64,000 nt of DNA from Hellea sp. (GTDB taxonomy: Bacteria; Pseudomonadota; Alphaproteobacteria; Caulobacterales; Maricaulaceae): contig JAHDDC010000005.1 of the NCBI GenBank assembly GCA_020629545.1, positions 3,661 through 67,660 on the forward strand, given 5' to 3'. The notes under the pieces are model-generated. The model saw nothing but the letters and a program-made list of their open reading frames with translations. It was not told the DNA's origin and did not search any database. This document shows positions 62,807-64,000 of the stretch, piece by piece (within the stretch, counting starts at the first letter, position 1; the number at the start of each line of letters is the position of its first letter). A program made the translations under genes and the position numbers.

Positions 62807-64000
62807 ATGAGTGAAATTAAGAAACGCTTTGAAGAATTACAAAGCTCCACTCTGAAACTCCGGAATAGCTCCGCAGAAGAACGGATCGAAAAACTGCAGT
62901 CCATTTGGCAGGGCATTATTGCCCGTAAAGAAGATCTATTCAAAGCCGGAGCTGAAGAACGAGGATGCCATGAGGTCGATATTGCGGCCGAGCTTGTCAT
63001 GGTTAAAGGTGAAATTGATTATGTCAGTAAGCACCTTGCAAAATGGGTGAAGCCCCAAAAGGTCAAAGGCTCATTGAGTAGTTTTGGCAAAAAGAGCGAA
63101 ATTCGTTACCAATCTAAAGGCGTCGTTCTAAATATTGCAGCCTATAACGCACCGACAGCGGAATGTTTTGTACCTGCAATAGCGGCAATAGCCGCCGGAA
63201 ACGCTATTGCTATCAAGCCTTCCGAATTTGCGCCGGCATCAGCGCAAATAATTGAAGAAATTATACATGAGGCATTACCCCGTAGTGAGGCCGATGTTTT
63301 TCAAGGCGGCGTAAAAGTATCTCAAGAGCTCCTCGCACAACCATTCAACCATATCTACTATACAGGCGGAAATAATGTCGGCAAAATTGTCATGAAAGCT
63401 GCCGCTGATCATTTTGCCAGCGTCACGCTGGAAATGGGCGGCAAGTCACCCGTTATAATTGATGAAACAGCCGACCTTGAGAATGCGGCAACTAAATTGG
63501 CCTGGGGCCGAGTCATGAATGCAGGTCAAGTCTGTATAGCACCAGAATATGTTGTGGTTCACGAAAGTCGGCAAGCCGAGTTTCAGAAACTAATTTCCGA
63601 CAAAATTCAAGCGCTCTATAACTCCAAAGGCGACGGTCTTGAAAATTCTGAATATGTACCGCGCATCATTAACGCACGTCATCACAAACGAATTACAGGT
63701 CTCATCAAAGATGCCGTCAAAAAAGGCGCAACCATCGTTACAGGCGGCAAAGCCGATGCAAAAGATCGTTACATAGAACCCACTGTCCTTACGGATATGA
63801 CCGAAGACATGGACATTATGAACGAGGAAGTATTCGGCCCCGTTATGGCGGTACTACCGTATAAAACTCGCGAACAGGCCCTTGAAATTATTTCTCATAG
63901 GCCCAATCCGCTGGCGATGTATATTTATTCCAAAGACGACGAAGCTATTGAATATTTTTTGACTAACACGTCTTCCGGGTCTGCTGTCGTGAACAATAAC
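62807..64000 (+). CDS. Class-3-type NAD(P)+ aldehyde dehydrogenase, 5-prime partial (runs off the window end)
   Basis: My own translation from ATG 62807 is open to position 64000 (398 codons). It contains LEMGGKSP (catalytic Glu), GQVCIAPEY (catalytic Cys) and EEVFGP. Confidence 0.85.
   Translation, partial: MSEIKKRFEELQSSTLKLRNSSAEERIEKLQSIWQGIIARKEDLFKAGAEERGCHEVDIAAELVMVKGEIDYVSKHLAKWVKPQKVKGSLSSFGKKSEIRYQSKGVVLNIAAYNAPTAECFVPAIAAIAAGNAIAIKPSEFAPASAQIIEEIIHEALPRSEADVFQGGVKVSQELLAQPFNHIYYTGGNNVGKIVMKAAADHFASVTLEMGGKSPVIIDETADLENAATKLAWGRVMNAGQVCIAPEYVVVHESRQAEFQKLISDKIQALYNSKGDGLENSEYVPRIINARHHKRITGLIKDAVKKGATIVTGGKADAKDRYIEPTVLTDMTEDMDIMNEEVFGPVMAVLPYKTREQALEIISHRPNPLAMYIYSKDDEAIEYFLTNTSSGSAVVNNN

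Noticed and set aside
1-64000. I searched for tRNA or rRNA genes, CRISPR arrays, transposases, integrases, IS inverted repeats and prophage or toxin-secretion genes.
   Set aside because: I found nothing of the kind. Intergenic space is minimal, the only repeats are the short operator motifs, and no phage or IS-like ORF is in the six-frame track.

Overview
This is a densely packed, almost gap-free catabolic island with about 61 CDS. I found no rRNA or tRNA genes, no CRISPR array, and no transposase or integrase. Gene content matches a proteobacterial 9,10-seco steroid or bile-salt degradation locus.

Coding content:
- Ring cleavage: a translationally coupled operon on the minus strand runs FadD3-like ligase, hsaA, hsaD, hsaE, hsaG, hsaF, hsaC, then an IpdA-like CoA-transferase that leaves the window.
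- Oxidoreductases: a KstD-family flavoprotein, two KshA-like Rieske oxygenases, a P450 with an adrenodoxin-type [2Fe-2S] ferredoxin, eight SDRs (one 3alpha/20beta-HSD-like), two short OYE/4Fe-4S flavoproteins, and a class-3 ALDH.
- CoA chemistry: three crotonases, three AMP-ligases, family III CoA-transferases (one a tandem fusion), and an SCP-x thiolase with a DUF35 partner.
- Uptake and processing: four MFS-type transporters and an operon of TonB-dependent receptor, Cys-type sulfatase and MBL alkylsulfatase.

Most notable observations, all read directly from the DNA:
1. A 30-bp inverted repeat, TGCGYA-N18-TACGCW, recurs with identical geometry in six promoter regions. Three regions carry 63-bp-phased tandem copies.
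2. A second palindrome, TTTCCGAA-N5-TTCGGAAA, occurs at the TetR gene and at two other junctions. Together the two motifs split the island into two apparent regulons.
3. Two exported DUF3604 (PHP-like) paralogs sit in the divergent operons that share one operator.
4. A flavin reductase fused to a MarR domain occupies the expected hsaB position.
5. Sulfatase and uptake genes carry the same operator as the ring-cleavage genes.

Functional assignments rest on motifs I could read and on remembered family signatures. No database search was run.
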